Below are positions 41,301-50,730 of a DNA stretch of 64,000 nt, piece by piece. Under the pieces are notes generated by a model. It was given only the letters and a program-made list of their open reading frames with translations, was not told the DNA's origin and made no database searches. The stretch is from an uncultured Verrucomicrobiae bacterium (lineage in GTDB: Bacteria > Verrucomicrobiota > Verrucomicrobiia > Limisphaerales > Palsa-1400): the NCBI GenBank assembly GCA_963707025.1, contig CAVPOM010000007.1, positions 320,001 to 384,000 on the forward strand. The letters run 5' to 3'. Position 1 is the stretch's first letter, and each line of letters begins with the position of its first letter. A program made the translations under genes and the position numbers.

Positions 41301-41435
41301 CCACCACCAATAAGCCCTCGTGCGGGCCTCCGGCGGCGGATTGGCAAACCCGGCCGCCAGCGCGTCCTCCGCCCGCGCCCCCAAGCTGGTCGCCAGCAGA
41401 ATCACGAGCAAAAGCAGTGATATCCTTGGGATCAT
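38385..41435 (-). CDS. Glycoside hydrolase family 106 (alpha-L-rhamnosidase-like)
   Basis: F.NPP..AR...WWWLNGNV, HTDSWE, PMSEFW, C-terminal LDLG.V...G.N.L...VTN.W.NR. Confidence 0.85.
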   Translation of the reverse strand: MIPRISLLLLVILLATSLGARAEDALAAGFANPPPEARTRAYWWWLNGNVTKAAITRDLEEMKAKGFGGAIITDAGGADQEGNAQVPAGPAYLSPEWRALFKFTLQEASRLGLEMSLNIQSGWNLGGPMIKAEDAPKKLTWSETRVHGSLSFSNSLALPKHAPELYREVCVLAFPVDPAAHPRPPLQNWSEKALIKGLGWSTPDCAPLLQEWPDIAGEEDTHSQKVIDITAGLGGDGVLRWDAPAGDWEILRLGYTLNDHSRVSTSSQTWQGYALDPIDGGIFRSYWAQAVEPLIADAGPLAGKTLKYLHTDSWEVEVLNWTPSLRAEFQRRRGYDLLPFLPVLAGYIVDSRRVSDRFLHDFRRTIGDLAIDNHFKLFSEGAHRHGMEIHPESGGPHSVPVDSLQCLGLDDAPMSEFWARSPIHRIADTDRFFIKQPASAAHTYGRRLVVGEGFTDIGLHWQETLWDNLKPTFDRALGEGLNRLVWHAFVCSPAAMGLPGQQYFAGTHINPNTTWWPVSGPFVSYLNCCQFLMQQGLFVADACQYYGDGVPNFTQLKRANTARVLPGFDYDVATEEVLLNRMAARDGRIVLPDGMSYRLLVLPDDNRIALPVLRKVKTLVAGGATVIGPRPVAATGLENFPQCDVEVAALAAELWGGANDPAKTGHSFGKGRVIWGKAARQVLLDDGVRPDFEFSGANPGVVLDYIHRRDGATEIYFVANPTNHWENVTCTFRVAGKAPELWLPDSGEIRRGVACEEKEGRTAVPLRLEPYGSAFVLFRGPARASVIGASKDGQPVFVTGSARDFSGAVQVSERGGQSVLQTGAPGRYELTDSLGRVARVIVAPLPDPVALADGWTLEAPLHELDSSVTQAMPLPSLKSWTEFDDPKLKYFSGTLQYTREIDLDSARLGSGLHLWLDLGEVHELAEIVLNGHPLGILWKPPWRVDLTGAARPGKNRLVVRVTNFWPNRIIGDQFLPAAQRVTQTNIRKLTRRTPLMISGLLGPVQLVTTAEKVMEF

Positions 41436-41475
41436 GGCGGGAGCCTGGTATTAGTTGAAGAGACCGGGCACATGG

Positions 41476-44400
41476 TCATTTGAGCGGCCAACCGCCATGC
41501 CGTTCGATGCTGGCGTCTATTTCTCCCATGAACCGCCGGGTTTCCGTGAGCGCCCAGATGATGCGTTGATATTCCGCCTGTTCGTCGTAGCCGAGCGTGC
41601 GGCCGATGCGGTCTTTCAGCCAGCGTTGGGCAGGCAGGTAGCCTCCGATGGGAAATGTCCAGGCAGTCTCCGGAACAGGCTCGAAATACTGTTCGTCATT
41701 GATCCAAACACGACCAGCCTTAATATCAGGCCAAGAACCCGTTTCAACCCGACCACAGGGTGTGGAGCTTCTCATTTTTTTTGCTCCGGAAAGAACCAAG
41801 GATGCAACAGGTTGGAACCGAATGTCGGTGACCTTGTCTGTTCCTTTGACTGGATGAAGCACCGGAGTGTTATTGCCCTGTCCGCGCGCGTGCAAATCCA
41901 CCAGCCAGCCTCCCAACCCCGACAATTCTTGAAAAAGGTTCAAATTGCTCGTAAGTGGGAGACGTGGAAAATCTGCGCGGAGGAATTCCACGTAACGTTC
42001 CCGATAGGCCGGACTGTGAAAGACCGCGTAGGCGTAGTTGAAAATACAATCCGGACCGACTTCCCTTTTGGACGGGCGACCAAAATCGTCCGGCACGAAC
42101 TTGACCTGCAACTTCTCGCAAGCATCCTTAATGAACGCGGCGCTCAAGTTCGGGCGGCGACCGTTGTCGTGCGGGAACAGGTCTTCCGCTGGCAGCTTGC
42201 CATTCGGGTAGAGATAAAGGGGAAAGGCAGAATTGATGTCATAAGCAGCAACAGATTTATGGGCAATGAGCGTCTCCGCCGAAAACGCAGCCCAATTGTC
42301 GCGTGTTTGCCTCGTGAGAATCATTGCGAGATTCCTCCCTGCAATCATGTGGGCCATTACTTCGTGTCTCGGCATACAAAGGAACCCACGAGTCGTTCCG
42401 CTGTAATAGGTCCAACGCCGATCAAACGGGCGATAAAGAATGTTCTTTATTTTAGTGGAATCAAAACCTGTATTGTTTATGTCCTCTTGCGCGAGGTGAA
42501 CTTTCCAGTCGCGAGCGTCAGGCCCAAGCTTAAATTCGGCACGGGCCTTTTCAACAGAATAGGAAGCAAAACTTTTGACACGAGGTCCCACTTCGGACTT
42601 ATTCCAACAAATGGTCAGCGCATCACGCGCCGTAACTATTCCAGCGCTGTTCACCGGCATCATTTCCGTGACTTTCCAACCGGCCTCGTATTCCTTGAGC
42701 CGTCGGGTGTGTTGCGGAATGAACAAATATTGCGGCGCAGTTGGTTCGAGCCTTTTCCAAACTGTGCTCTCCAACTGGCTGGCGTCCAGCCAATCGTACT
42801 TCGTCTGACGCTGGGCGCCCCAAAGATGACAATGACGCACAATCGCATTTGCTTTCTCCTTCTTGTTTGCCCGCGCGTCGGACGGCAGTTTTACGAAGAT
42901 TCCAATTGCCACGCCTTGCTGGATGTCGAAAACATTCTTGTCCGCTTCGCCGCTGTTAGGAACGGTTTCCTTTTTGTTTGTATTTCCGTGTAAATCGAGG
43001 ACGTAGATCTCATCGAAGGTTTGCATGAGATTCTGTCTCATGCCGCGGAAGGTCGGGTTGTCGAGATAACCGTGGTTGGTGATGAAGGCCAGCACGCCCT
43101 GTCCAGTCTGCTCAATACGCCATTGGCCCCAGCGCAGGAACTTGACGTAATCATCCTGCAACCATTTGGGATTGCGCTCGCCAAGCGGCTGGCCGTCGCA
43201 GAAGTAGTAATCGCGGACCAGCTTGGAAATCCATTCGCCCGTGTTCGCGCTGTGGCCGGCGTAAGGCGGGTTGCCCAGCACCACAAGAACGGGCTTGTGC
43301 TTCTTGACCTCGTAGGCGGAGTTGGCCTCGTTGCTTAAGGCGCGCAGCGGGCCAAGCTGTTCGGCGGTGTGTTCCAGGTCCTCCAGCGTGTTGGTGAGAA
43401 AAATGTTCACGCGCTCGTTGCCCTGCGGTTCGTAGCTCCATTGCTGGCGGAAGAGCGGCTCCTCATCCATCGCCGCCAGGGCCAGGCCGATCTTGAAATG
43501 CGCCACCGCGTATGGCGCCATCAGCAGTTCAAAGCCAAAGAGCCGCGGCAATAAATGTTCGTGAACATAACTGCCCCACTGGCCCGCGTTTTTCCTGGTC
43601 TTGAACTGTGAACGGATGAAATCGAGCACCGTGTAAAGAAATGTGGCCGTGCCGGTGGCGGGGTCAAGAATGAGCACGCGATGGGTCTCGTCTGTGATCT
43701 CGCGCTCACCCTCCTTGCGCTTCACGGTGATTTTCTGGTGGTCGGCAAGCCCGGCCTTGATGCCGAATTTGTCCTTCAGAAGGCGGTCAATGCTCTGGAC
43801 GATGTAGTTCACCACCGGCTCGGGCGTGTAATAAACACCCCGCAGTTCGCGCAGCTTGGGATCGTAGGCTTGGAGGAAAGTCTCGTAGAAGTGAACCACG
43901 GGATCGCGGCGGCGGCCATGTTTGCCAAAGTCTTCCATCACCCGCCCCATGTCCGCGTGGTCAAGCGTCTGGATCAAATCCTCAACAAACCCGGCAAACG
44001 GCTCATCATCCAGCGCCGCGCCGGTGATCTGCTCAAAGAAGGTGCGAAGAAAAGGATTGGTGCGCGGGATGAGTTTTTGAGCTTTCTCGCGAGTGAACTT
44101 GGTGCTGCCGCTGGCAGCGCGGGCGCTGAACAAACCATAGGCCAGTGTCTGCGCAAACATGTCGGCGAATTCGCTTACGGCTTCGGCTTCTTTCGTGGCG
44201 TCGGGGTGCTGTGCGAGTTCGGGCAAGAGCGTGGCGGCGAAGGCCCCGCGCCAGTCGCGGAGTTGCTGCGAAGCCTGCCCGGTGAGAAACGCGCGGATGA
44301 TGATGTCGCGCATAATGTGCGTGAGATTGGCCAGACGCCGCGCCAGTTGCTCGGCGGAGACTATGTCCGCCGGCTTTTGCGAAGTAAAACCCAGCAGAAG

Positions 44401-44886
44401 AAGGCGGGCACGTTCCATTTCGTCCGCTGCAACCGGCGCAAGTTTGCCACTCGGGGCGACGTTGGCCAGTCGGAAGGTTTCGCGCTTCTCGCCCTCCACA
44501 AACCAGCGGAACTCGAGATAATCGGTCAGCAGCAAATTGGGCATCCCGGGGAGATAGCGCTTGAGCTGATCGCCGCCCTCGTGGTCAGCGAGCTCCGCGC
44601 CGATGTTCTTGGCCTCGATGTAGCCGATGATAAGTTGGTCGCGCTTGCGGGAAACGACGTAATCCGGCGCACCGCAGGAGGATCGCTTCGGTTCGTTGGT
44701 GCAGATGACGTTTTCGTCAAGGGCTTCGATCAACTCCTTGAGCGCAGGGCGATGGGTATGTTCGGTGGCATCGCCGCGTTTGAGGGCGCGTTCGAGTTTG
44801 CGCAGATATTCCGTGATCGGATCGGGTTTGCCGCCGCCCCCGTATGCTGGGGGTTCTTCGTGAAGAAAATCGGCGCCGGTCATCAT
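41476..44886 (-). CDS. Single-chain restriction-modification enzyme (nuclease, N6-adenine MTase, Type ISP-like specificity domain; no helicase)
   Basis: GAPDY...GYIEAK nuclease, GVYYTP, LDPATGT, GNPPY, YRPFD, DFPR.P, IGGY...WLKDR. Confidence 0.9.
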   Translation of the reverse strand: MMTGADFLHEEPPAYGGGGKPDPITEYLRKLERALKRGDATEHTHRPALKELIEALDENVICTNEPKRSSCGAPDYVVSRKRDQLIIGYIEAKNIGAELADHEGGDQLKRYLPGMPNLLLTDYLEFRWFVEGEKRETFRLANVAPSGKLAPVAADEMERARLLLLGFTSQKPADIVSAEQLARRLANLTHIMRDIIIRAFLTGQASQQLRDWRGAFAATLLPELAQHPDATKEAEAVSEFADMFAQTLAYGLFSARAASGSTKFTREKAQKLIPRTNPFLRTFFEQITGAALDDEPFAGFVEDLIQTLDHADMGRVMEDFGKHGRRRDPVVHFYETFLQAYDPKLRELRGVYYTPEPVVNYIVQSIDRLLKDKFGIKAGLADHQKITVKRKEGEREITDETHRVLILDPATGTATFLYTVLDFIRSQFKTRKNAGQWGSYVHEHLLPRLFGFELLMAPYAVAHFKIGLALAAMDEEPLFRQQWSYEPQGNERVNIFLTNTLEDLEHTAEQLGPLRALSNEANSAYEVKKHKPVLVVLGNPPYAGHSANTGEWISKLVRDYYFCDGQPLGERNPKWLQDDYVKFLRWGQWRIEQTGQGVLAFITNHGYLDNPTFRGMRQNLMQTFDEIYVLDLHGNTNKKETVPNSGEADKNVFDIQQGVAIGIFVKLPSDARANKKEKANAIVRHCHLWGAQRQTKYDWLDASQLESTVWKRLEPTAPQYLFIPQHTRRLKEYEAGWKVTEMMPVNSAGIVTARDALTICWNKSEVGPRVKSFASYSVEKARAEFKLGPDARDWKVHLAQEDINNTGFDSTKIKNILYRPFDRRWTYYSGTTRGFLCMPRHEVMAHMIAGRNLAMILTRQTRDNWAAFSAETLIAHKSVAAYDINSAFPLYLYPNGKLPAEDLFPHDNGRRPNLSAAFIKDACEKLQVKFVPDDFGRPSKREVGPDCIFNYAYAVFHSPAYRERYVEFLRADFPRLPLTSNLNLFQELSGLGGWLVDLHARGQGNNTPVLHPVKGTDKVTDIRFQPVASLVLSGAKKMRSSTPCGRVETGSWPDIKAGRVWINDEQYFEPVPETAWTFPIGGYLPAQRWLKDRIGRTLGYDEQAEYQRIIWALTETRRFMGEIDASIERHGGWPLK

Positions 44887-44926
44887 GGCATGGTGATTCG
44901 TTCCAGGCTGTTTGACGACCAAATTA

Positions 44927-46795
44927 TCACTTGAAATCCAGTTCGGGCCGAAGCTGGTTGAGAATGGGCATGTCCAGGCCCGCCACCTCGGGCTTTTCCG
45001 GGCCGGGCAAGTCCAGGATCACCACTTCATTCTGGCCGGACTTGAGCCAGGGACCGGGGACATACAGGGTTTGCGCCGGGCCAATGTTCCAGAATCGTCC
45101 CAGGCAATGTCCATTAACCCACGCCACGCCCTTGCCCCAGGGGCGCATGTCCAGAAAAGTGTCGCCCGGATGCGCCACCTCCACGCGCGCCCGCCAAAAC
45201 GCCGGCCCCGGTTTTTCCCGCGCATCGCGGTATTTCAGGCCGGCCAGCATCTTCGCGTCGAGCGGCAAGTTATAGACCTGCCAGCCGGTCAACGGCGTCG
45301 TCCCCGCTGCGCCGGCCAGCGTAAATCCGCCAATCACGCCTTTGTGATCGTGAATCTCCACTCCAAAATTCACCCGCCCCGCCGCTTCGACCAGGATGTC
45401 CAGCCGGGCCGGATTCTTGCGCTCCGGCAGCCGGACTTTATAGCTGCGGTTGCGGCGGTCCATGAACCCCACCCGTTCGCCGTCCAGATAAACAAACCCA
45501 TAGTCATGGATGGCTTCCGCCGCCAGCGTGGCCTCCGGGCCGGGCGGCAGCGTGGTCCTGTAAAGAATACAGCCGTAACCCTGGCCGTATTCCTCCATGG
45601 CCCTGGCGTGCGCGTCCGTCCTGGGCGAAGGCAGATTGGCAAAAACCGGCGCGCATTGCGTGGCGGCGGCGGGCGCGATGGCAATGACCGGGTTTTTCGG
45701 AGGCGGCTCGGGGATGGTTTCGCCGGGAAGAAGATGCCGGGCGAACAATTCACGCGTCTTGAAAAATTTGTCAGTCGTCCAGCCCGCTTCGCTGATGGGC
45801 GCGTCATAATCGTAGGTGGAAGTGTCCGGCTTGAACGGATGATCCGCGCCGGACCACAGGCCGAAGGTCGTGCCGCCATGCGCCATGTAGATGCTGAAGG
45901 AAGCGCCGGCGTTGAGCATGTAATCCAAATCCCGCAGGTAATTGCTCGTGTTGCCGGTGTGATGCGGCGCGCCCCAGGTATCGAACCAGCCCGGATAAAA
46001 TTCCCCGCACATCAGCGGCCCCTTGGGCAGAATGTCCCGCAGGGCCTTGAAGCTGCCCGCCGGATCGGCCCCGAAGTTGACCACCGGGAAAAGGTCCGCC
46101 CGGTATCCGTTCTTCAGATCCCCGGTTGGATTGCAGGCAAAGAGCGGCACGTCAAAACCGGCCTCGAGCAGGCTCTGGCGCACCGCGCCCATGTATTCGG
46201 CGTCCTTGCCGTAAGAACCGTATTCATTTTCCACCTGCACCATCAGAATCGGGCCGCCATGCGTTATTTGCAAAGGCCCCAGGACTCGTCCCACTTGCTT
46301 GAGATAGAGCCGGGCCGCGTCCAGATAGAGCGGGTCGCGCGTGCGCAATTTGACCCCGTCATTTTTCAGCAGCCACCAGGGCAGGCCGCCCATTTCCCAT
46401 TCCGCGCAGGCGTAGGGGCCGGGCCGGAGAATGACCCACAGGCCCTCCTTCTGGGCCAGCCGGCAAAACTCGGCGATGTCCGCCTGGCCGCTCCAGTTGA
46501 ATTTGCCCGGCTGTGGTTCGTGCATATTCCAGAAAAGATAGGCGCAGACCGTGTTCAAGCCCATCGCTTTGGCCAGGCGCAGCCGGTGCTGCCAGTATTC
46601 GCGCGGCACGCGGGCGGCGTGAATCTCCCCGCAGCGGATTTGCAGCCGCTGTCCGTCCAGCAGAAAATCATCCCCGCCGATGGCAAAGGTATGTGGCGCC
46701 GGCGCGGCGGGGGGCGGCGGAGGATGAAAACATCCGCCGCCCAGGCAGAGCAAAGCGGCAGTCAGCCCCATGGTAAACAGGCTTTTCAGTTTCAT
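44927..46795 (-). CDS. Glycoside hydrolase family 35 beta-galactosidase
   Basis: GEIHAARVP, MGLNT, RPGPYACAEW, GGPILMVQVENEYGS, EFYPGWFD.WG, YDYDAPI. Confidence 0.94.
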   Translation of the reverse strand: MKLKSLFTMGLTAALLCLGGGCFHPPPPPAAPAPHTFAIGGDDFLLDGQRLQIRCGEIHAARVPREYWQHRLRLAKAMGLNTVCAYLFWNMHEPQPGKFNWSGQADIAEFCRLAQKEGLWVILRPGPYACAEWEMGGLPWWLLKNDGVKLRTRDPLYLDAARLYLKQVGRVLGPLQITHGGPILMVQVENEYGSYGKDAEYMGAVRQSLLEAGFDVPLFACNPTGDLKNGYRADLFPVVNFGADPAGSFKALRDILPKGPLMCGEFYPGWFDTWGAPHHTGNTSNYLRDLDYMLNAGASFSIYMAHGGTTFGLWSGADHPFKPDTSTYDYDAPISEAGWTTDKFFKTRELFARHLLPGETIPEPPPKNPVIAIAPAAATQCAPVFANLPSPRTDAHARAMEEYGQGYGCILYRTTLPPGPEATLAAEAIHDYGFVYLDGERVGFMDRRNRSYKVRLPERKNPARLDILVEAAGRVNFGVEIHDHKGVIGGFTLAGAAGTTPLTGWQVYNLPLDAKMLAGLKYRDAREKPGPAFWRARVEVAHPGDTFLDMRPWGKGVAWVNGHCLGRFWNIGPAQTLYVPGPWLKSGQNEVVILDLPGPEKPEVAGLDMPILNQLRPELDFK

Positions 46796-46860
46796 CTCCA
46801 AAAATGATTCCGCCTGAGAAATGCAAGCCAGCCGGCCGTTTGTCAAGGACGCCAGCTAAA

Positions 46861-47043
46861 GGATGCATCTTGACGCTGCTGCCGGCGGAGTGCGGCTGTC
46901 CCCGGCCGCAGCCAGCCAGGGATTGTTTGGGCGCTCTGGGAAATCACCGCCGCGCCGTGTTTCCCACGCTGCTGCGCCCGAGGACGGGCGCGCTCCTGTG
47001 GCAATCTTGCGCCTGACGCTGGCAGCGGTGTCAAAATGCGCCC
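46861..47043. mobile_element. Uninterrupted 183-bp copy of the miniature inverted-repeat/REPIN element
   Basis: Colinear with 34352-34479 plus 36395-36449; single cccgaggacggg site; imperfect TIRs. Confidence 0.85.
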
Positions 47044-47216
47044 CGACGGCCTCGGCCTTTCTGCCATTACGGCGCGACAGTCCTGCCTGCCCGGCCATTC
47101 TCATTCGCCCCCGTGGCGGCACGGTTTGCTGATCTTCAACGGTTGGCGGGCCTTTGCAGCCCTTTGCGATTACAAATCTTCTCGCTTCTCGCCGTGGTAT
47201 TTTCAATGCTGGGGGC

Positions 47217-47874
47217 GTGCCGAAGTGGGTGAAAATGTTCGTCGGGATTCTGCTGCTGCCGGTCTGCGCCGCAACGGCCAAGGCGGTCTGGCTGGTCCTG
47301 GCCCAGACCAGCGGCGGGGCGGACCGCGTTCTGGCTCCCCATGCTGGCCGGGGCGGCCTGCTGGATTGTCTTGTTCCTGCTCCTGCCCAAGCCCATGTGG
47401 GTCTATGTCTTCGGCCATGAATTGACCCACGCGGTCTGGACCTGGATTTTCGGCGGGAGCGTGAAAAAATTCAAAGCCGGGGCGGAGGGCGGCCATGTGG
47501 TGACCACGAAAAGCAATTTTCTCATCGTGCTGGCCCCGTATTTCTTCCCCTTGTACGCCGTGCTGCTGGTGGTGGTTTTTGTGGTGTGCATCCTGGTTGG
47601 GGCCTGGCATCGGGCCTACGTGCCGTGGTTTTATCTGCTGCTCGGCGCGGCCTGCGCTTTTCACCTCACCCTGACCTGGCACATTTTGCGGACCCGGCAA
47701 ACGGACATCACCAGTCAAGGCTATATTTTTTCCGCCGCCGTGATTTTCCTGGGCAACGCCTTGGTGCTGCTGATCGGGGTGCCGCTGCTGACCCGGCACA
47801 GTTTGCTGGACGCGCTGATTTCGTGGCTGAAATGCAACCAACAGGTGCTGCACCGCATCGCGCAGTGGATTTAA
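47217..47874 (+). CDS. Membrane protein with HExxH motif (M50-like), frameshift near 47325
   Basis: YVFGHELTHA, LAPYFFP; hydrophobic N-terminus in the adjacent frame. Confidence 0.65.
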
Positions 47875-49751
47875 GGGATGGTCTTGAGACGGAGCAGGGT
47901 CGCGCCTTTGGCCCGGCCTGGAAGGGAGGCTTCGACCACATAGTTTTCCCGCAGCCAAGGCAGGATCTTTTCTCCCAACTGGCCGGGGGCGCCAAATTGG
48001 GCGATGTTATGTTCCCGCAAATCGCGCGAGATGATAATGACGTAATCCGGCGGCGTGCGGGCCAACTCTTTGACATATAAATCTTCCTGGGAGAAATCCT
48101 CCGGCAAGGGCCTGCGATGGCGGGAGAGGTAGTTGATCATCACTCCCTCCGGCAAAACTTGCAGGGTGGCCTGCGGCGGAATGGTCCGCAGGCGCTCCAC
48201 CGCCCAATTGACCAGCAACCCCGTTTCATCCACCTCGGGATCGAAGGCGTAAAAGCGGTCGCGGCCGGCTGCGACCGGCTGGGTTTGGTCCGCCCGGATG
48301 ATGGCCGATTGCGCCACGAAGGAAGAGCAGGCCGTGCCCAGCACGAGCAGGCTGCCGAGCGCCGCCAGACGCCGCCCCCACAAGCCCGGGCCGGTCCATC
48401 GCGGAATCTCCGCCACCATTACGGCCGAGGCCACCATGCCCGCCAAGGCCGCCTGGGAAAAACCAAAATGATCAATCCGCGCCCGCAAGATCATGCGGGC
48501 CAACATCGCCCCCGCCAGCAAAACCAGCGCCAGCGCCATGAGGGCGCGCTTTTCCGCGCGTCCGTTTTGCCGCCACTCGCGCCGCAGCCGCACCGCCACG
48601 ATCACCAAGGCGATGGCCATCAATCCCGGCAGGCACCGGCCCGCATAAGAGTCAAAATGAATGGAACGGATGACGGCCAGGGCATTAGCGAGGCTCGGGT
48701 GCAAAACCCAGGAGGCGATTGTCTTTCTCTGTATGAAACAGACTGCGGCCAACGGGGCCAGCGCGGCGACCCAGCGCAACGCGCGCGAGCGGAACCGGTT
48801 GACCAACCATCCGGCCGCCCAGATGGTCCCGATCACCACCACGGCGCGGCAGGCGGCCTGCAATTCCAACCCGGCATTGCGCCAGGGTTGGTCAAAGCCC
48901 GTGAAAAGCGACTGGTGAACCAAGTCGGCGCGTTTTTCGTGTTCCACCAGCACCAACCACCAGGCCTGGCAGGAATCCACCAGGGCGGCCGGCCACGCTT
49001 CGCCGCGGGCCAGCCAGGCCGCGCATCCCAGGGTGGGCAGCGCCACCCCGCCCAGGATCAGCGCATACTCCGCCGGGCGCACCGGCGGTCCTTGGCGGCG
49101 GCGCACCAGCCAGCCGGCGATGGCCAAAATTCCTGCCGCCAGCATGAACTCCGGTTTCAACACCGCCGCCACCCCGCCGCACAGGCCGAGGAAAAAGGCC
49201 AGCGGGCGCGAGGCTTGCCGGCACCATCGCACCAGCACCAAGGCCGTCACCAGCAGGAGCAGGATGCCGTGGGTGGCTTCATGGGTGTAGGGCGTGGCAT
49301 AATTATAATTGCCCACCCCGTTGAGAATGGAAAAAGAGAAAACCGAAATGAAAACCGCCAAAGCGGCGAAGGCGGCCAGCCGCCCCCACGCCGCGCGAAA
49401 GGCAAGGTAAGCCAGCACGACAATCGCCCCATAAACCACCAGGTTGGCCGTGACCAACACCATCATGCCCGGGCCAAAGCACTTGAAGAGAAGGCCGTTG
49501 CACAGCAGGGACAGCGGCCCATAGTTCCAGACAAAGTCATGATAAGGCGCCGCGCCCTGCGACACCCGCCAGATGTCATACCATTGCGCCCCGGTGTCCA
49601 CGATGGCGTCCGGCCACTTGCGCCAGGACAGATGGAGGAAGCAGGCCGCCAACAGCGCCAGGACCAACAGGCCAACCCACTCACCAACCCCCGCCCGCGG
49701 GAACAAAGCCGGCTGGTCTGCGCTGTCATTGCGTTCCGGGCCTGTTGCCAT
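47871..49751 (-). CDS. Polytopic membrane protein, GT-C glycosyltransferase-like
   Basis: SWRKWPD..VD.G, PY.D....YGPL, KPE motif, many transmembrane segments. Confidence 0.65.
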   Translation of the reverse strand: MATGPERNDSADQPALFPRAGVGEWVGLLVLALLAACFLHLSWRKWPDAIVDTGAQWYDIWRVSQGAAPYHDFVWNYGPLSLLCNGLLFKCFGPGMMVLVTANLVVYGAIVVLAYLAFRAAWGRLAAFAALAVFISVFSFSILNGVGNYNYATPYTHEATHGILLLLVTALVLVRWCRQASRPLAFFLGLCGGVAAVLKPEFMLAAGILAIAGWLVRRRQGPPVRPAEYALILGGVALPTLGCAAWLARGEAWPAALVDSCQAWWLVLVEHEKRADLVHQSLFTGFDQPWRNAGLELQAACRAVVVIGTIWAAGWLVNRFRSRALRWVAALAPLAAVCFIQRKTIASWVLHPSLANALAVIRSIHFDSYAGRCLPGLMAIALVIVAVRLRREWRQNGRAEKRALMALALVLLAGAMLARMILRARIDHFGFSQAALAGMVASAVMVAEIPRWTGPGLWGRRLAALGSLLVLGTACSSFVAQSAIIRADQTQPVAAGRDRFYAFDPEVDETGLLVNWAVERLRTIPPQATLQVLPEGVMINYLSRHRRPLPEDFSQEDLYVKELARTPPDYVIIISRDLREHNIAQFGAPGQLGEKILPWLRENYVVEASLPGRAKGATLLRLKTIP

Positions 49752-49881
49752 AACTGATTCTGGTCCGGCCACTATACGGGGGCCACGAGGCCGGGTGTCG
49801 AGCAAATACGTGACATGGCCATTGGGTCATGCAATCCTCGGGCCGTCACGGAAAAACAGATCAAGCCACGGACGCGGATCT

Positions 49882-49923
49882 TTCACCATTCACTATTCAC
49901 CATTCACCATTCACCATTCACTG
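49882..49923. repeat. Intergenic TTCACCA heptamer tandem repeat (6 units)
   Basis: ttcacca/ttcacta/ttcacca/ttcacca/ttcacca/ttcactg. Confidence 0.85.
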
Positions 49924-49939
49924 TTCGTAATTCCAGTCT

Positions 49940-50626
49940 TCACTGCCATCCATGCATGGAATCGTAGCGGAAGGTCATTTCGGCGGGATTGTAGGCCTTG
50001 TACCATTTGACGTGGCTGTCGGTGAAAAGAATGTTTTGGCCGCCGCTGTGGACCTGCCAGCCCTCCGCCGGGTTTCCATTGGTGGCGCCGCCCACGCAAT
50101 TCTGCGAGTAATCATCCTTGTCCGCGTCCGCCGCGCTGCCGATGGTCCAGAGCGTGTCGCCGGAGAGCACCTGGGCGGCAGGGAATTGAACCAGTTTGGT
50201 GTCCACCGATCCGAAAGTGCCATAGAAAATGTAAGCGGCCCGCGCGCCGTTGAAGTAGCTGAACTGACTTTGCAAATCCGACGGGCAACGGAAGATATTG
50301 CTGCTTTTGGTGAAAGGCAGGATTTGCTCCATCCAACTCTGCTCGTGGGTATTGGGATCGGTCTGGTCCCACAGAATGGTGCCGCCCGACTCCGGGTAAA
50401 AGCCTTTGAACTCGTCGCCATACATGACCATGCCCAGGCCAATTTGGTGGAGATTGGAAGCGCATTTGGTTCGGATGGACCACTGTTTGGCCCCCGCCAG
50501 GGCCGGGAGCAACAGGGCCGCGAGAATGGCGATGATGGCAATGACCACCAGCAATTCGATCAGCGTAAACGCCCGCCGGTCGCGCCTGGCCAAAGTTGCA
50601 TAAGTCGGCTTCTTCATCGTAGCCAT
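49940..50626 (-). CDS. Prepilin-type N-terminal methylation domain protein with H-X9-DG-like C-terminus
   Basis: AFTLIELLVVIAIIAILAALLLPAL, C.SNLHQIG, HSGGQNILFTDSHV. Confidence 0.9.
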   Translation of the reverse strand: MATMKKPTYATLARRDRRAFTLIELLVVIAIIAILAALLLPALAGAKQWSIRTKCASNLHQIGLGMVMYGDEFKGFYPESGGTILWDQTDPNTHEQSWMEQILPFTKSSNIFRCPSDLQSQFSYFNGARAAYIFYGTFGSVDTKLVQFPAAQVLSGDTLWTIGSAADADKDDYSQNCVGGATNGNPAEGWQVHSGGQNILFTDSHVKWYKAYNPAEMTFRYDSMHGWQ

Positions 50627-50730
50627 GCTACCCGCCGGGCGCGCTCCTGTCGAGAACTGGTTCGGGGGAATTCGCCGTGGAGCGCTCGGAAAAAAATTGC
50701 CGGAGCGGGGGGATGGGACAATAATGGGCG

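Noticed and set aside
1017..46807. Long antisense ORFs (e.g. 1017-2570, 32202-34319, 41455-42993, 44912-46807)
   Set aside because: Shadow frames of well-supported opposite-strand genes, expected at high GC
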